Notes: a model not told the origin generated them from the sequence alone. 35,053 bases of DNA from Candidatus Staskawiczbacteria bacterium (GCA_943354455.1 CALRCB010000002.1:1-35053); one strand, 5' to 3'. Counted from the stretch's first letter, positions 1 to 8,620 are shown. Numbers and translations are program-made.

Positions 1-12
1 TCTGATACTAAG

Positions 13-84
13 CTCCGCAGGTAGGATTCGAACCTACGACCCATTCCTTAACAGGGAATCGCTCTACCGCTGAGCTACTGCGGA
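13..84 (-). tRNA. tRNA-Asn (GUU); CCA not encoded
   Basis: Minus strand TCCGCAG TA GCTC AGCGGTA GAGC G ATTCC CTGTTAA GGAAT GGGTC GTAGG TTCGAAT CCTAC CTGCGGA G folds as a full cloverleaf with anticodon GTT and discriminator G. Confidence 0.97.
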
Positions 85-136
85 GCTCAATATCAGAATA
101 CATATATAGTACTAAATTTTAAAACTTTTTCAACTA

Positions 137-165
137 TTGACACTGTAAATTAAATCAGTTATAAT
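137..165 (+). promoter_or_regulatory. Perfect sigma70 promoter for the small ORF at 211
   Basis: TTGACA (137-142), 17-bp spacer, TATAAT (160-165). Confidence 0.85.
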
Positions 166-210
166 GTACTTAGTTTAACACACCGTGAAACGCAACAAGA
201 TAGGTGCACC

Positions 211-399
211 TTGAAAACTATCCAACAAATAGGCAATGAAGTAATGCTCATGAGCAGGTCAACGGGTGCTAAGGACATCCGCCTCATTATGCACGAGGTT
301 GCAAAAAGATATGGAGTTTCGATAAGTAACATTGCCAAAGAGCTTCGTCGACGCCGAGGTTCAAAGAAATCGCAACAAGAGGCCACCGCCTCACACTAA
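211..399 (+). CDS. Small basic protein, possible helix-turn-helix (62 aa)
   Basis: TTG start preceded by AGGTG; flanked by a consensus promoter and a terminator; EVAKRYGVSISNIAKELRRRR resembles an HTH followed by a basic tail. Confidence 0.6.
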   Translation: MKTIQQIGNEVMLMSRSTGAKDIRLIMHEVAKRYGVSISNIAKELRRRRGSKKSQQEATASH

Positions 400-408
400 T
401 TCACCCAT

Positions 409-437
409 ACCGCACGGTTCGCCCTGCGGTCTTTTTT
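409..437 (+). terminator. Intrinsic terminator
   Basis: ACCGCA-C-GG-TTCG-CC-C-TGCGGT followed by CTTTTTT. Confidence 0.8.
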
Positions 438-474
438 ATTCTTAAAATAATGTATAATATTGGAATATGACCAA

Positions 475-1575
475 ATGAAAAAACTGTTTAATATCAAATC
501 ACACTATCAGCGGGTAAAAGAATTTTACTTGCGTTATGAAAGGATATTAATGCCAACCACGCTGGTTGTCGGTTTTTTGATTGATTATGTTACCTTTGCC
601 AACATTAAAATTGAATTCACTTTTACCCTGCTTTTTATCTATTGGCTCATTTCAGGCTTTACCATTACTTTTATTAAATTTTACGATGCAAGTAGAATAT
701 CATTAAAATTTAAATACTTACGCCTGTTTTCTCCTTTAATAATCCAGTTTTCCTTGGGAGCACTATTAAGCAGTTCTCTGGTGTTTTATTGGCTTTCCGG
801 CTCCTTTTCCATCAGCTGGCCGATTATTGTGATTGTGGCAATACTCATGGTATTCAACGAAGTTTTCCGCAGCTATTTTTTAATGCCCCTTACCCAAATC
901 AGCGTCTATTTTTTCACCACCATATCTCTATTTTCTTTAATCCTGCCGTTTGCCTTTCATTCATTAAGTGCCTGGCTTTTTATTTTGGCCGGGACATTAA
1001 GCATTATTCTTTTTTATTTTTACATTCGATTGTTATCTTCCATTCAAAACGACGGAGGCCGGCAGAAAAAATATGGCCTTATTTCTATTGGCGTAATATT
1101 TGGCATAATGAACATTTTGTATTTTACTAATGTCATTCCCCCTATTCCCCTTTCACTGCGGGAAGCCGGGCTGTACCACAATATCCAATTATCTAACGGA
1201 GCTTATAAAATGACTGGTGAAGTTGAAAACATTTGGCAAAAAATAACTCCAGGACAAATAGTTCACGCAAAACCAAACCAGAAAATATATTTATATACCG
1301 CTATTTTTGCCCCAAAACAATTAGAGGCAGAAATTTTGCACGATTGGCGATATTACGATGAACAAAAAAGGGATTGGGTAAGCCAAGACATATTATCATT
1401 TAACATTGTGGGCGGACGTAAAGAGGGGTATAAAGGATATTCGTTTAAATCTGATTTGGCGCCGGGTAAATGGCGGGTGTACGTTAAAAACCATCGTGGC
1501 CAGGTGCTTGGCAAAATCCAATTTACGATTAAAAGAACACAAGAGGAAGTTAAACTTGAGCAAACTGTCCGATAA
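475..1575 (+). CDS. Multi-pass membrane protein with C-terminal DUF2914-like domain
   Basis: About 7-8 hydrophobic helices, then IPPIPLSL...YTAIFAP...GGRKEGYKGYS...PGKWRV. ATG 475 preferred because TTG 460 abuts the TATAAT at 453-458. Confidence 0.8.
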   Translation: MKKLFNIKSHYQRVKEFYLRYERILMPTTLVVGFLIDYVTFANIKIEFTFTLLFIYWLISGFTITFIKFYDASRISLKFKYLRLFSPLIIQFSLGALLSSSLVFYWLSGSFSISWPIIVIVAILMVFNEVFRSYFLMPLTQISVYFFTTISLFSLILPFAFHSLSAWLFILAGTLSIILFYFYIRLLSSIQNDGGRQKKYGLISIGVIFGIMNILYFTNVIPPIPLSLREAGLYHNIQLSNGAYKMTGEVENIWQKITPGQIVHAKPNQKIYLYTAIFAPKQLEAEILHDWRYYDEQKRDWVSQDILSFNIVGGRKEGYKGYSFKSDLAPGKWRVYVKNHRGQVLGKIQFTIKRTQEEVKLEQTVR

Positions 1576-1595
1576 CTAATCTGCGCACTTTTATT

Positions 1596-1988
1596 ATGAA
1601 TTTCAAATTAAATATTATTTGGCGTAAAAAATTTCGCAAGGTAAGAAAGAAAACTAACGCATTAAAATACAATAAATACAAAAAAATAGCCAAAGAATTG
1701 ACTATCCAAAGAATTGCCCATTTTAATGCTTTTTACCAATTTAAGGTAAATAAAATTACTATTAAAAACCAAAAAACCCGCTGGGGCAGTTGCTCAAAAA
1801 AGGGAAACCTGAATTTTAACTATAAAATCGCCCTACTTCCCCACTACCTGTCAGATTATGTTATTGTTCACGAACTTTGCCACTTAGGGCAATTAAACCA
1901 CTCACCAAAATTTTGGGTGCTGGTTGAAAAAACCATTCCCAACTACAAAAAAATCAAACAAGAATTCAAGAAAATCCGCTTAAGGTAA
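1596..1988 (+). CDS. YgjP/DUF45-like zinc metallohydrolase (often annotated M48 metallopeptidase)
   Basis: KNQKTRWGSCS, LNFN, DYVIVHELCH (HExxH) and NHSPKFW motifs. Confidence 0.9.
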   Translation: MNFKLNIIWRKKFRKVRKKTNALKYNKYKKIAKELTIQRIAHFNAFYQFKVNKITIKNQKTRWGSCSKKGNLNFNYKIALLPHYLSDYVIVHELCHLGQLNHSPKFWVLVEKTIPNYKKIKQEFKKIRLR

Positions 1989-2078
1989 TATCGTAAAATC
2001 AGCAGAAGCTAAAGAAAAGATTCCGACTAATAGCAAAGCAACAGCCAGAGCCCCAATGATATATTTTTTAGTGTTCAT
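1980..2078 (-). CDS. Unannotated 32-aa signal-peptide micro-ORF MNTKKYIIGALAVALLLVGIFSLASA-DFTILP
   Basis: ATG 2078 to TAA 1980, starting 10 nt after the ABC stop, with GAGGAGTAGGA upstream. Basic n-region, hydrophobic h-region and A-S-A cleavage motif. Confidence 0.65.
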   Translation of the reverse strand: MNTKKYIIGALAVALLLVGIFSLASADFTILP

Positions 2079-2088
2079 ATATTATATC

Positions 2089-3897
2089 CTACTCCTCATT
2101 AATATCTTCTGTCAAAAAACCACCTGCCTGCAATGTCCACAATTTTTTATACAAACTATTTTGTCGGGCAAGCAAATCAGTATGACTACCTTCTTCGATT
2201 ATCTTACCATTATCTACTACAATAATTCTATCCATTTTGGCTATTGTACTCAATCGATGAGCTATTACAATGGTTGTCCGGCCCTCCATCAAAGTATTTA
2301 ACGCATCTTGAATTAACGCTTCGGAATGGGAGTCCAAACTACTAGTGGCTTCGTCTAAAATTAAAATGGGGGCATTTTTTAAAATGGCTCGGGCAATGGC
2401 AACTCTTTGACGTTCTCCACCAGATAATTTTATTCCCCGCTCGCCCACAAAGGTTTCTAAACCATAGGGTAAATTTTTAATAAATTCATCACAGTGGGCA
2501 AGTTTTGCTGCCTTTTCAATTTCTTTTTTGGTGGCATTAGGTTTCCCGTAGGTAATATTTTCTGCCAAGGTTCGGTGGAATAAAATGGGGTCTTGTGGTA
2601 CTAATGAAATATTTTTTCGTAAACTGTCTTGGGTTACCATTGCAATATCTTTATCGTCAATTAAAATGTGTCCGCCAGTAGGAGTGTATAACCGCAGTAA
2701 TAATTTTACAAAGGTGGTTTTCCCTGCACCTGATGGGCCAATCAGTGCTATCCGTTCACCAGGTTTTACCGTGATATTAATATTTTGCAACACTTTCCGC
2801 GTTTCATTAAAACTAAATTGTAAATTTTTAAATTTAATTTCACCTGTTTTAACTTTTAATTCTTTTGCCTTGGGCACATCAACAATTTCGTGAGGCAGTT
2901 TCATAATTTCCACCATTTCCTTGGCATCGGCATAGCCTTGATATACATCGCGCACAATTCTAGTAAATCCCCATAATTGATGCATCAGATCAATTACATA
3001 CGCCTGCAATAATACAAAAACTCCAATAGTAACCAATCCCTCCTGCCAATATTTTAGAACATAAAAGAATAAAATAAATTCAATGGCAATGCCCAAAAAA
3101 GCTTGCCCAGCTTCTATCACCCAATCCAACCACCAAGTAAATCTTGTCATTGATGCTTGCTTATTAGTGATACTTTTGAATCCTTCTGATTCTCTTTTAA
3201 AAGCGCCAAATAAAGAAACCGTATTTTGATTAGTTAATGTATCAGCTAAATACCCCGTGGTTTTAGAATCAATTTCAGCAACTTTAACATCATATTTTAA
3301 TTTCCAGTTTGAAAATATGACATTAAAGAGCAAAAAGATTACCGCCCAGATTAAAATAATAAGCGCCATCCACCGGTTAATAAACGCAACTACGATAAAT
3401 ATCATAATCAGTTTTACCGCTAGGGGTAATAAATTCCAAAGAATGTTATCCGATAATCTTTCAAATGACCTAGCAAATCGATTAACTTTTTGTACTAATG
3501 AACCAACAAAATTATTAGTAAAAAAAGAATACGAGTGCTCCATAGAATGGTTGTAAGCTTGTTGCTTAAGTTTTGCGATAGTAGCTATTTGATATTTAAT
3601 ATTTGCCGCGGTTCCCAATCGGTAACAAAGCCACTGCACCAAATTAAAAAAGAGAATATAGAAAATAATCACCAATAAACTTTTTGCAACCAAATCTTTG
3701 TCATCTGCAACCACTATGACATCAAAAAATTGTTTATAAAAAATCGGAACAATGATTCCTAAAACATTTGCAGAAATAATAAAACCAATTACCATAAACA
3801 TCCACCATTTTTTTGGTTTAATGCCACACCAAAAAGCGCCCAAAACATCTTTGAGTCCTACTTTTGGATAAATAGTATTTTTCTGTATTTTTTCCAT
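2089..3897 (-). CDS. ABC exporter, fused permease and ATPase (MdlB/MsbA/Atm1-like)
   Basis: N-terminal TM domain, Walker A GPSGAGKTT, LSGGERQR signature, ILILDEATS, IAHRLST. Start ATG 3897 preferred over 3957, which overlaps the divergent promoter. Confidence 0.95.
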   Translation of the reverse strand: MEKIQKNTIYPKVGLKDVLGAFWCGIKPKKWWMFMVIGFIISANVLGIIVPIFYKQFFDVIVVADDKDLVAKSLLVIIFYILFFNLVQWLCYRLGTAANIKYQIATIAKLKQQAYNHSMEHSYSFFTNNFVGSLVQKVNRFARSFERLSDNILWNLLPLAVKLIMIFIVVAFINRWMALIILIWAVIFLLFNVIFSNWKLKYDVKVAEIDSKTTGYLADTLTNQNTVSLFGAFKRESEGFKSITNKQASMTRFTWWLDWVIEAGQAFLGIAIEFILFFYVLKYWQEGLVTIGVFVLLQAYVIDLMHQLWGFTRIVRDVYQGYADAKEMVEIMKLPHEIVDVPKAKELKVKTGEIKFKNLQFSFNETRKVLQNINITVKPGERIALIGPSGAGKTTFVKLLLRLYTPTGGHILIDDKDIAMVTQDSLRKNISLVPQDPILFHRTLAENITYGKPNATKKEIEKAAKLAHCDEFIKNLPYGLETFVGERGIKLSGGERQRVAIARAILKNAPILILDEATSSLDSHSEALIQDALNTLMEGRTTIVIAHRLSTIAKMDRIIVVDNGKIIEEGSHTDLLARQNSLYKKLWTLQAGGFLTEDINEE

Positions 3898-3950
3898 TTC
3901 TTTTTTTATAATATCATTTTTTACATAATACCCAAAATTTTGCTTTGCAT

Positions 3951-3979
3951 TTGACATCCCTTGTGTAAAAAAGTATAAT
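3951..3979 (+). promoter_or_regulatory. Perfect sigma70 promoter for the CxxC gene
   Basis: TTGACA (3951-3956), N17, TATAAT (3974-3979). Confidence 0.85.
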
Positions 3980-3992
3980 TAGATTAATAAAA

Positions 3993-3999
3993 AAGGTCG
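3993..3999 (+). promoter_or_regulatory. AAGGTCG leader motif, copy 1
   Basis: Lies in the predicted 5' UTR, 27 nt before ATG 4027; no SD present. Confidence 0.5.
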
Positions 4000-4026
4000 T
4001 TTTAATTTCAAAAACAACGTAAAAAA

Positions 4027-4215
4027 ATGTTCAATAAATTTGATAATAATTCTTCTGGAGGAAATTTTCAAAAACCTCCAATGGTACAAGGGAACTGGAA
4101 ATGCAGTGAATGTGGTGTAGAAATCACACAATTGCCTTTTGAACCAGCTCCTGACCGACCAATCTACTGCCGAGAATGCTGGTCAAAAAAGAAACCACCA
4201 CGATTTAACCGATAA
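4027..4215 (+). CDS. CxxC-x17-CxxC zinc-ribbon protein
   Basis: CSEC...LPFEPAPDRPIY-CREC pattern; has its own promoter and terminator. Confidence 0.9.
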   Translation: MFNKFDNNSSGGNFQKPPMVQGNWKCSECGVEITQLPFEPAPDRPIYCRECWSKKKPPRFNR

Positions 4216-4228
4216 TTCTTTGCTAGAC

Positions 4229-4260
4229 AAAAAAAATCCGCCTTTCGGCGGATTTTTTTT
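4229..4260. terminator. Bidirectional intrinsic terminator
   Basis: A8-TCCGCC-TTTC-GGCGGA-T8 between convergent genes. Confidence 0.92.
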
Positions 4261-4277
4261 ATTTTTATTATATATCT

Positions 4278-4487
4278 TTACTTTCTTTCTAATTTCATCG
4301 CATTTACTGCCAAGTAAATAGCTGCCAATCCAACTAATACGTATACCAATCGGGAAATCATAGACATTGGTCCGAAAACCATATCTACAATATTTAAATT
4401 TGGGTTTAATCCCACCAATCCCCAATTCAAGCCACCAACGATGACTAAAACTAAAGCGATCATATCTACGGTATTTAATTTTTGCAT
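4278..4487 (-). CDS. DUF378 family small membrane protein
   Basis: LVIVGGLNWGLVG...VFG...RLVYVLVGLAA signature. Confidence 0.92.
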   Translation of the reverse strand: MQKLNTVDMIALVLVIVGGLNWGLVGLNPNLNIVDMVFGPMSMISRLVYVLVGLAAIYLAVNAMKLERK

Positions 4488-4517
4488 TTTTTTAAAAAAT
4501 TACTTTTAAAAATAAAC

Positions 4518-4524
4518 CGACCTT
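4518..4524 (-). promoter_or_regulatory. AAGGTCG leader motif, copy 2
   Basis: Plus strand CGACCTT, 30 nt before ATG 4487 and just downstream of the promoter. Confidence 0.5.
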
Positions 4525-4534
4525 TACATTATCA

Positions 4535-4564
4535 ATTGTACCACTTTGGTAAAAACGTTGTCAA
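4535..4564 (-). promoter_or_regulatory. Sigma70 promoter for DUF378
   Basis: TTGACA (4564-4559), N18, extended -10 TGgTACAAT (hexamer 4540-4535). Confidence 0.75.
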
Positions 4565-4568
4565 AAGT

Positions 4569-4577
4569 TTATCCACA
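4569..4577 (+). promoter_or_regulatory. Perfect DnaA box
   Basis: TTATCCACA, 4 bp upstream of the DUF378 -35 element. Confidence 0.6.
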
Positions 4578-4580
4578 GAA

Positions 4581-5150
4581 CTACATTGGATTCTGTTGAC
4601 TTATTACGTGCACCTGTTCAACTTGGGCTTTTTTAAGAATCATGCCTTGAATTTCTACGGCGATTTCTTTTGAAAGCGCCGGCATCATAACAATATCGTC
4701 ATCATCACCAGATTTTTGAGATTGATTTCCTTCATCGTGCCCTGACCCAAAAACTGTAATAATAATATCGCTGACACCAAATATTTGGTCAATCAAGCCT
4801 CTAGTAATCTTAACATCTTGAATATGCCTATAAGGAACACCAATTTGTTCAGTTGAAATTAATCCGCGGGATATTTTTAAATCCTTATCATCTACAAAAA
4901 TCCAATAACGAAAATATTGAAGCCAACCGACAAAGACTGATAATGATAAAATAAACAACAGCACTACAAAAGACACTGTAATCAAATTTACGGCAATATC
5001 AATATATTGCGAAGGTACATAGCTCAAGCCAAATAGCCCGACAATAAATAATGGCACCATAAAAAAAGTCACCGCAGTACTCCTGAAAATAAAAACAAGC
5101 AATGTTCTTGACCCGACTGGATGATATTTTTTTATATTGTCTTGTTGCAT
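4581..5150 (-). CDS. Bacterial PH-domain membrane protein (YdbS/bPH_2-like)
   Basis: Two TM helices then ISRGLIS...VPYRHIQDVKITRGLIDQIFGVSDI. Start ATG 5150 lies 6 nt after TGGTATAAT; the track start 5183 falls inside a terminator. Confidence 0.85.
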   Translation of the reverse strand: MQQDNIKKYHPVGSRTLLVFIFRSTAVTFFMVPLFIVGLFGLSYVPSQYIDIAVNLITVSFVVLLFILSLSVFVGWLQYFRYWIFVDDKDLKISRGLISTEQIGVPYRHIQDVKITRGLIDQIFGVSDIIITVFGSGHDEGNQSQKSGDDDDIVMMPALSKEIAVEIQGMILKKAQVEQVHVISQQNPM

Positions 5151-5169
5151 GTATTTATTATACCACATT

Positions 5170-5198
5170 AAAAAATCCCGCAAAAGCGGGATTTTTTT
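5170..5198. terminator. Intrinsic terminator after the sigma4-HTH gene
   Basis: AAAAAATCCCGC-AAAA-GCGGGATTTTTTT. Confidence 0.88.
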
Positions 5199-5200
5199 GG

Positions 5201-6229
5201 TTAAGCAGTCTGATTAACTACCTGGAAGTATTTTCCATCAGAATCCTTTTGGAAATACTTTTTGTTGTTTAATTTTATCAAGATAGTATTCTTTTCAACC
5301 ATTCTTTGGCTAAGCACCGCTTTAACAATTTCATCCTTGCTTACCAAATGCGGCTTCTCTTTAAGTACATCTGAAATAACATCTGCAATTGTGCCTGGTT
5401 TATATCCCCATTCACCTAAGGCATACATTCCCCTTCCCACCAAAATAAATCTTGAATCTTTAATTAATTCATTGTGCACAGTTTGGGCGTGGGTTTTCTT
5501 ATTAGGCAAGTTAACGTCTAATTGATCAATCAATGAAGTAATGTCTCTGAAGTGCAGTGGCTTTTGGTGCTTTTTAAATACCAAAAATGCCCGGTCTTTA
5601 ACGCTTCTTGGTCTGATTTCTGGCCAGTCGGTCAAGCCTAGCCTGCCTTCTTTATTTGCTTGAATTATTTTTGACACTTCAAGGTAAGACTCCAGTGCCG
5701 GATTGTTTAAATTATAGTTAGATGCAAATTTATCAGACAGTTCTTGTTTTGATAAAAGATCACCGTGGGCTTTCAAATCTGAAGCCAAAGAATTTAAAGT
5801 GTCTTTTACTTTCTTTTCAGGGTCTTGCATTGTTGACCAGAAATAAAAATAGTCTTTCTTCTCGCATACTCGCTTAAATTGATCTCCAATCATCAAGAAA
5901 AACAATACAAAAGGTTTTTGGTTTTTTCCACCCAAATCTGCCAATACGGTTTCTTCTTTTTTAAATCCACCCCTTTCAGTAAAATAATTTTCAAATTCAA
6001 GAAAAACGTTTTCTAAGACTTCTTTATGATTTTTTTTGACAAAATTAAAACCCACCTCTTCTATTTGGCGGACTCGTTCCCGGGTGATTCCCAGGCTATT
6101 TCCAATAGATTCTAGTGTTTCTATCTTTCCGGTCTTTACTCCAAAACGTCTATCGAAAATGTCTTTCGTTTTTGGGGAAAGGCCACGGGTAAGCTTTGTG
6201 TAAATTTGTGAGTAGTTAATTTTGTTCAT
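5201..6229 (-). CDS. Sigma70 region-4 HTH protein with C-terminal winged-helix domains (HARE-HTH / RNAP delta-like)
   Basis: RRFG...TLESIGNSLGITRERVRQIE at the N-terminus; KPLHFRDIT...TVHNELIKDSRFILVGRGMYALGEWG at the C-terminus; no sigma region 2. Confidence 0.8.
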   Translation of the reverse strand: MNKINYSQIYTKLTRGLSPKTKDIFDRRFGVKTGKIETLESIGNSLGITRERVRQIEEVGFNFVKKNHKEVLENVFLEFENYFTERGGFKKEETVLADLGGKNQKPFVLFFLMIGDQFKRVCEKKDYFYFWSTMQDPEKKVKDTLNSLASDLKAHGDLLSKQELSDKFASNYNLNNPALESYLEVSKIIQANKEGRLGLTDWPEIRPRSVKDRAFLVFKKHQKPLHFRDITSLIDQLDVNLPNKKTHAQTVHNELIKDSRFILVGRGMYALGEWGYKPGTIADVISDVLKEKPHLVSKDEIVKAVLSQRMVEKNTILIKLNNKKYFQKDSDGKYFQVVNQTA

Positions 6230-6249
6230 AGTATTTTATCTATAAAACA

Positions 6250-6278
6250 AGTATATCACAGGGTAGTTCATATGTCAA
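6250..6278 (-). promoter_or_regulatory. Sigma70 promoter whose -35 overlaps the secF stop codon
   Basis: TTGACA (6278-6273), N17, TGaTATACT (hexamer 6255-6250). Confidence 0.8.
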
Positions 6279-7174
6279 GCCCCCCTTCTCTTTTCACTCC
6301 ATTCTTGCCAGCTGACTAATAATGGGCCGGCAATAAAAATAGAAGAATACGCTCCGGCAACCATGCCAATAATTAATGCCAGTGAAAAATATTTAAGAGT
6401 TTCTCCTCCAAAGAAGAACAGTGAAACCATTACCAATAAAACCGTAAAAACCGTGGAAACAGATCTGCCTACAGTTTGGTTTAAACTCCAGTTAACGGTT
6501 TCATTAAACTTGGCCATTCCCCTTCGCAAAATATTTTCCCTGATCCGGTCAAAAATAACAATCGTATCGTGAACCGAAAATCCTATAATAGTAAGCAGGG
6601 CTGCAATAATTGGAATCGTAATTTCAACGTTATAAAATTTACCCAAGACAGAAAATACGCCAAGTGGAATCAAAATATCGTGGAAAAGAGCAATTAACGA
6701 AGTGATTCCGTACTTCCATGAAGCCACTGGTCGCGATACTTTACGAAAAGCAAAAGCAATGTATATGGTTATGGCCAAAAGCGCCAATATGATGGCTATC
6801 AGAGTTTTATTTCTTAATTCCTGCCCCACGGACGGCCCAATGTATTGGAAGCTTTTTTCTTGAACTGGTGACAATTCATTAATTTTTGTCAGTACCTTTT
6901 GGTGGGTTGCTTCATCAATGCCCTTAAACCTTAACACTGACCCTTTTTCACCCATTGATTGGACAATGATTTCTCCCAATTCAAAACTCAAAAGAGATTT
7001 GGAAATTTCTTCACTAGTAGGTCGGGCATCGGTAAAACTAACTTCTATCGTACTACCACCAGTAAATTCTATGCCAAAATGCAAACCAAACACAATCAAA
7101 GAAATGATTGATAATAAAATCAAAATTCCTGAAAAAATATAATAAACTTTTGAATATTTAATAAATGGAAACAT
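6275..7174 (-). CDS. secF: Protein translocase subunit SecF
   Basis: GIEFTGG, IGPSVGQEL, GFSVHDTIVIFDRIREN, GAYSSIFIA. Confidence 0.98.
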   Translation of the reverse strand: MFPFIKYSKVYYIFSGILILLSIISLIVFGLHFGIEFTGGSTIEVSFTDARPTSEEISKSLLSFELGEIIVQSMGEKGSVLRFKGIDEATHQKVLTKINELSPVQEKSFQYIGPSVGQELRNKTLIAIILALLAITIYIAFAFRKVSRPVASWKYGITSLIALFHDILIPLGVFSVLGKFYNVEITIPIIAALLTIIGFSVHDTIVIFDRIRENILRRGMAKFNETVNWSLNQTVGRSVSTVFTVLLVMVSLFFFGGETLKYFSLALIIGMVAGAYSSIFIAGPLLVSWQEWSEKRRGA

Positions 7175-7187
7175 AATATTTAAATAA

Positions 7188-8612
7188 TTATAAAAGCCAC
7201 CTTAATTTTGATGCCCATTTTCCCACAAATACTAATAACAAAACTCTGGTGATAAAAATGGCTGAAAACAAGCTGATAATAATACCTAATGACAGTGTCA
7301 GTGCAAACCCCTTAATAAAAGAAGTAGTAAATAAGAACAAAATTGCACACACGATTAATGAGTTAAAGTTGCTGTCGCGAATAGATGGCCAGGCTCTTTT
7401 AAAGCCCTCTTTAATAGCCACCGATATGTCTTTGCCCAAGCGTAATTCCTCCTTCATTCTGGCAAAAATCAAAATATTGGCGTCAACGGCCATACCAATA
7501 GATAAAATAAATCCCCCAATGCCGGCTAATGTTAAGGTAATGGGAATTAATTTAAATAACGCTAACACAATGGCAACATAAATAATCAGGGCAACAGAAG
7601 CCAAAAGTCCTGGCAACCGATAAAATAACACCATAAATATAATCACCGCCAAAAGGCCATAAATTCCAGCCCACAGTGATTTTTTCAAAGAAACGGCACC
7701 CAACGTTGGACCAACGGTTTCTTGTGATATTGGGCTGCCAATTTTTACCGGCAAAGCTCCTGAATTCAACCTTCTAACAATGTCATTGGCAGTTTTGGTT
7801 GACATATCACCGGTAATAACAGCCGTGCCTCCGGTAATTTTGTCTTGAATAATGGGAGCGTATAAATCACTGCCATCAATTTTTCCATCGCCAGTGGTAT
7901 CAATAATAGAAGAGCCGTCAAGCAAAATCGCCAACGGTTTTTTAATGTTTCTAGCTGTTATGTTTTCGAATAACTTTGCGCCCTCGTTATTAAACTGAAG
8001 TTGGATTTGGGGTTTATAAGTAGTTTGGTCAAAAACAACTGACGCTTTTGATAAATATTTTCCATTTAGTTCAGTTGGCTTTATGTAGGGGTTTTGCAGT
8101 GCCAATGTCCAATCTTTTATCTTGGAAATATCTCCTCCTTTTTCTTGGACCTTTTGCGCTTCTGCTATCTTGTCTAAAATTGGCTTACTTTCGGCTTCTG
8201 ATCTTACTTCGTCAAATTCTAAATACGGGGTTTGGCCAATCATATCAATAGCTTGTTTTACATCTTTTACTCCTGGTAATTCAACCAATAATTTATCCTG
8301 TCCTTGGATTTGGACCACCGGCTCTGAAACGCCAAACAAATTTACTCTTCTTTCTATGACATCGCGAAGCCCAGCCATAGCTGAAGCTTTATCAGTGACC
8401 GTGCTCAAATCGGCTTGGTAAATTAAATTCACCCCTCCATGCAAATCAAGACCAAGCACAAAAGGTTTGTCCCAAAAGTGAGGCAATGTCCAATGAAATT
8501 TATTATTTAGCGAATCAATGCCTTTATTAACATAATTTGGGTAAGCAAAAGTTCCGGCCAGCAAGGCAAGAATAATAACGCCAATAAAAATGAAGTATTT
8601 TTGTTGTATCAC
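7188..8612 (-). CDS. secD: Protein translocase subunit SecD
   Basis: LGLDLHGG, RRVNLFGVSEP, SGALP, VGPTLG, GMAVDANILIFAR. Confidence 0.98.
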   Translation of the reverse strand: MIQQKYFIFIGVIILALLAGTFAYPNYVNKGIDSLNNKFHWTLPHFWDKPFVLGLDLHGGVNLIYQADLSTVTDKASAMAGLRDVIERRVNLFGVSEPVVQIQGQDKLLVELPGVKDVKQAIDMIGQTPYLEFDEVRSEAESKPILDKIAEAQKVQEKGGDISKIKDWTLALQNPYIKPTELNGKYLSKASVVFDQTTYKPQIQLQFNNEGAKLFENITARNIKKPLAILLDGSSIIDTTGDGKIDGSDLYAPIIQDKITGGTAVITGDMSTKTANDIVRRLNSGALPVKIGSPISQETVGPTLGAVSLKKSLWAGIYGLLAVIIFMVLFYRLPGLLASVALIIYVAIVLALFKLIPITLTLAGIGGFILSIGMAVDANILIFARMKEELRLGKDISVAIKEGFKRAWPSIRDSNFNSLIVCAILFLFTTSFIKGFALTLSLGIIISLFSAIFITRVLLLVFVGKWASKLRWLL

Positions 8613-8620
8613 AATGCTAT

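Noticed and set aside
159..386. 75-aa minus-strand ORF
   Set aside because: Antisense to the ORF that has the promoter, SD and terminator; no supporting signals.
1..2000. tRNA-anchored genomic island
   Set aside because: These genes lie on the tRNA 5' side; no integrase or duplicated tRNA 3' end was seen.
2056..3556. Plus-strand ORFs inside the ABC gene
   Set aside because: Antisense shadows of a well-supported gene.
4139..4673. ORFs 4139-4321, 4183-4425 and 4482-4673
   Set aside because: They run through terminators or promoters and overlap recognisable genes.
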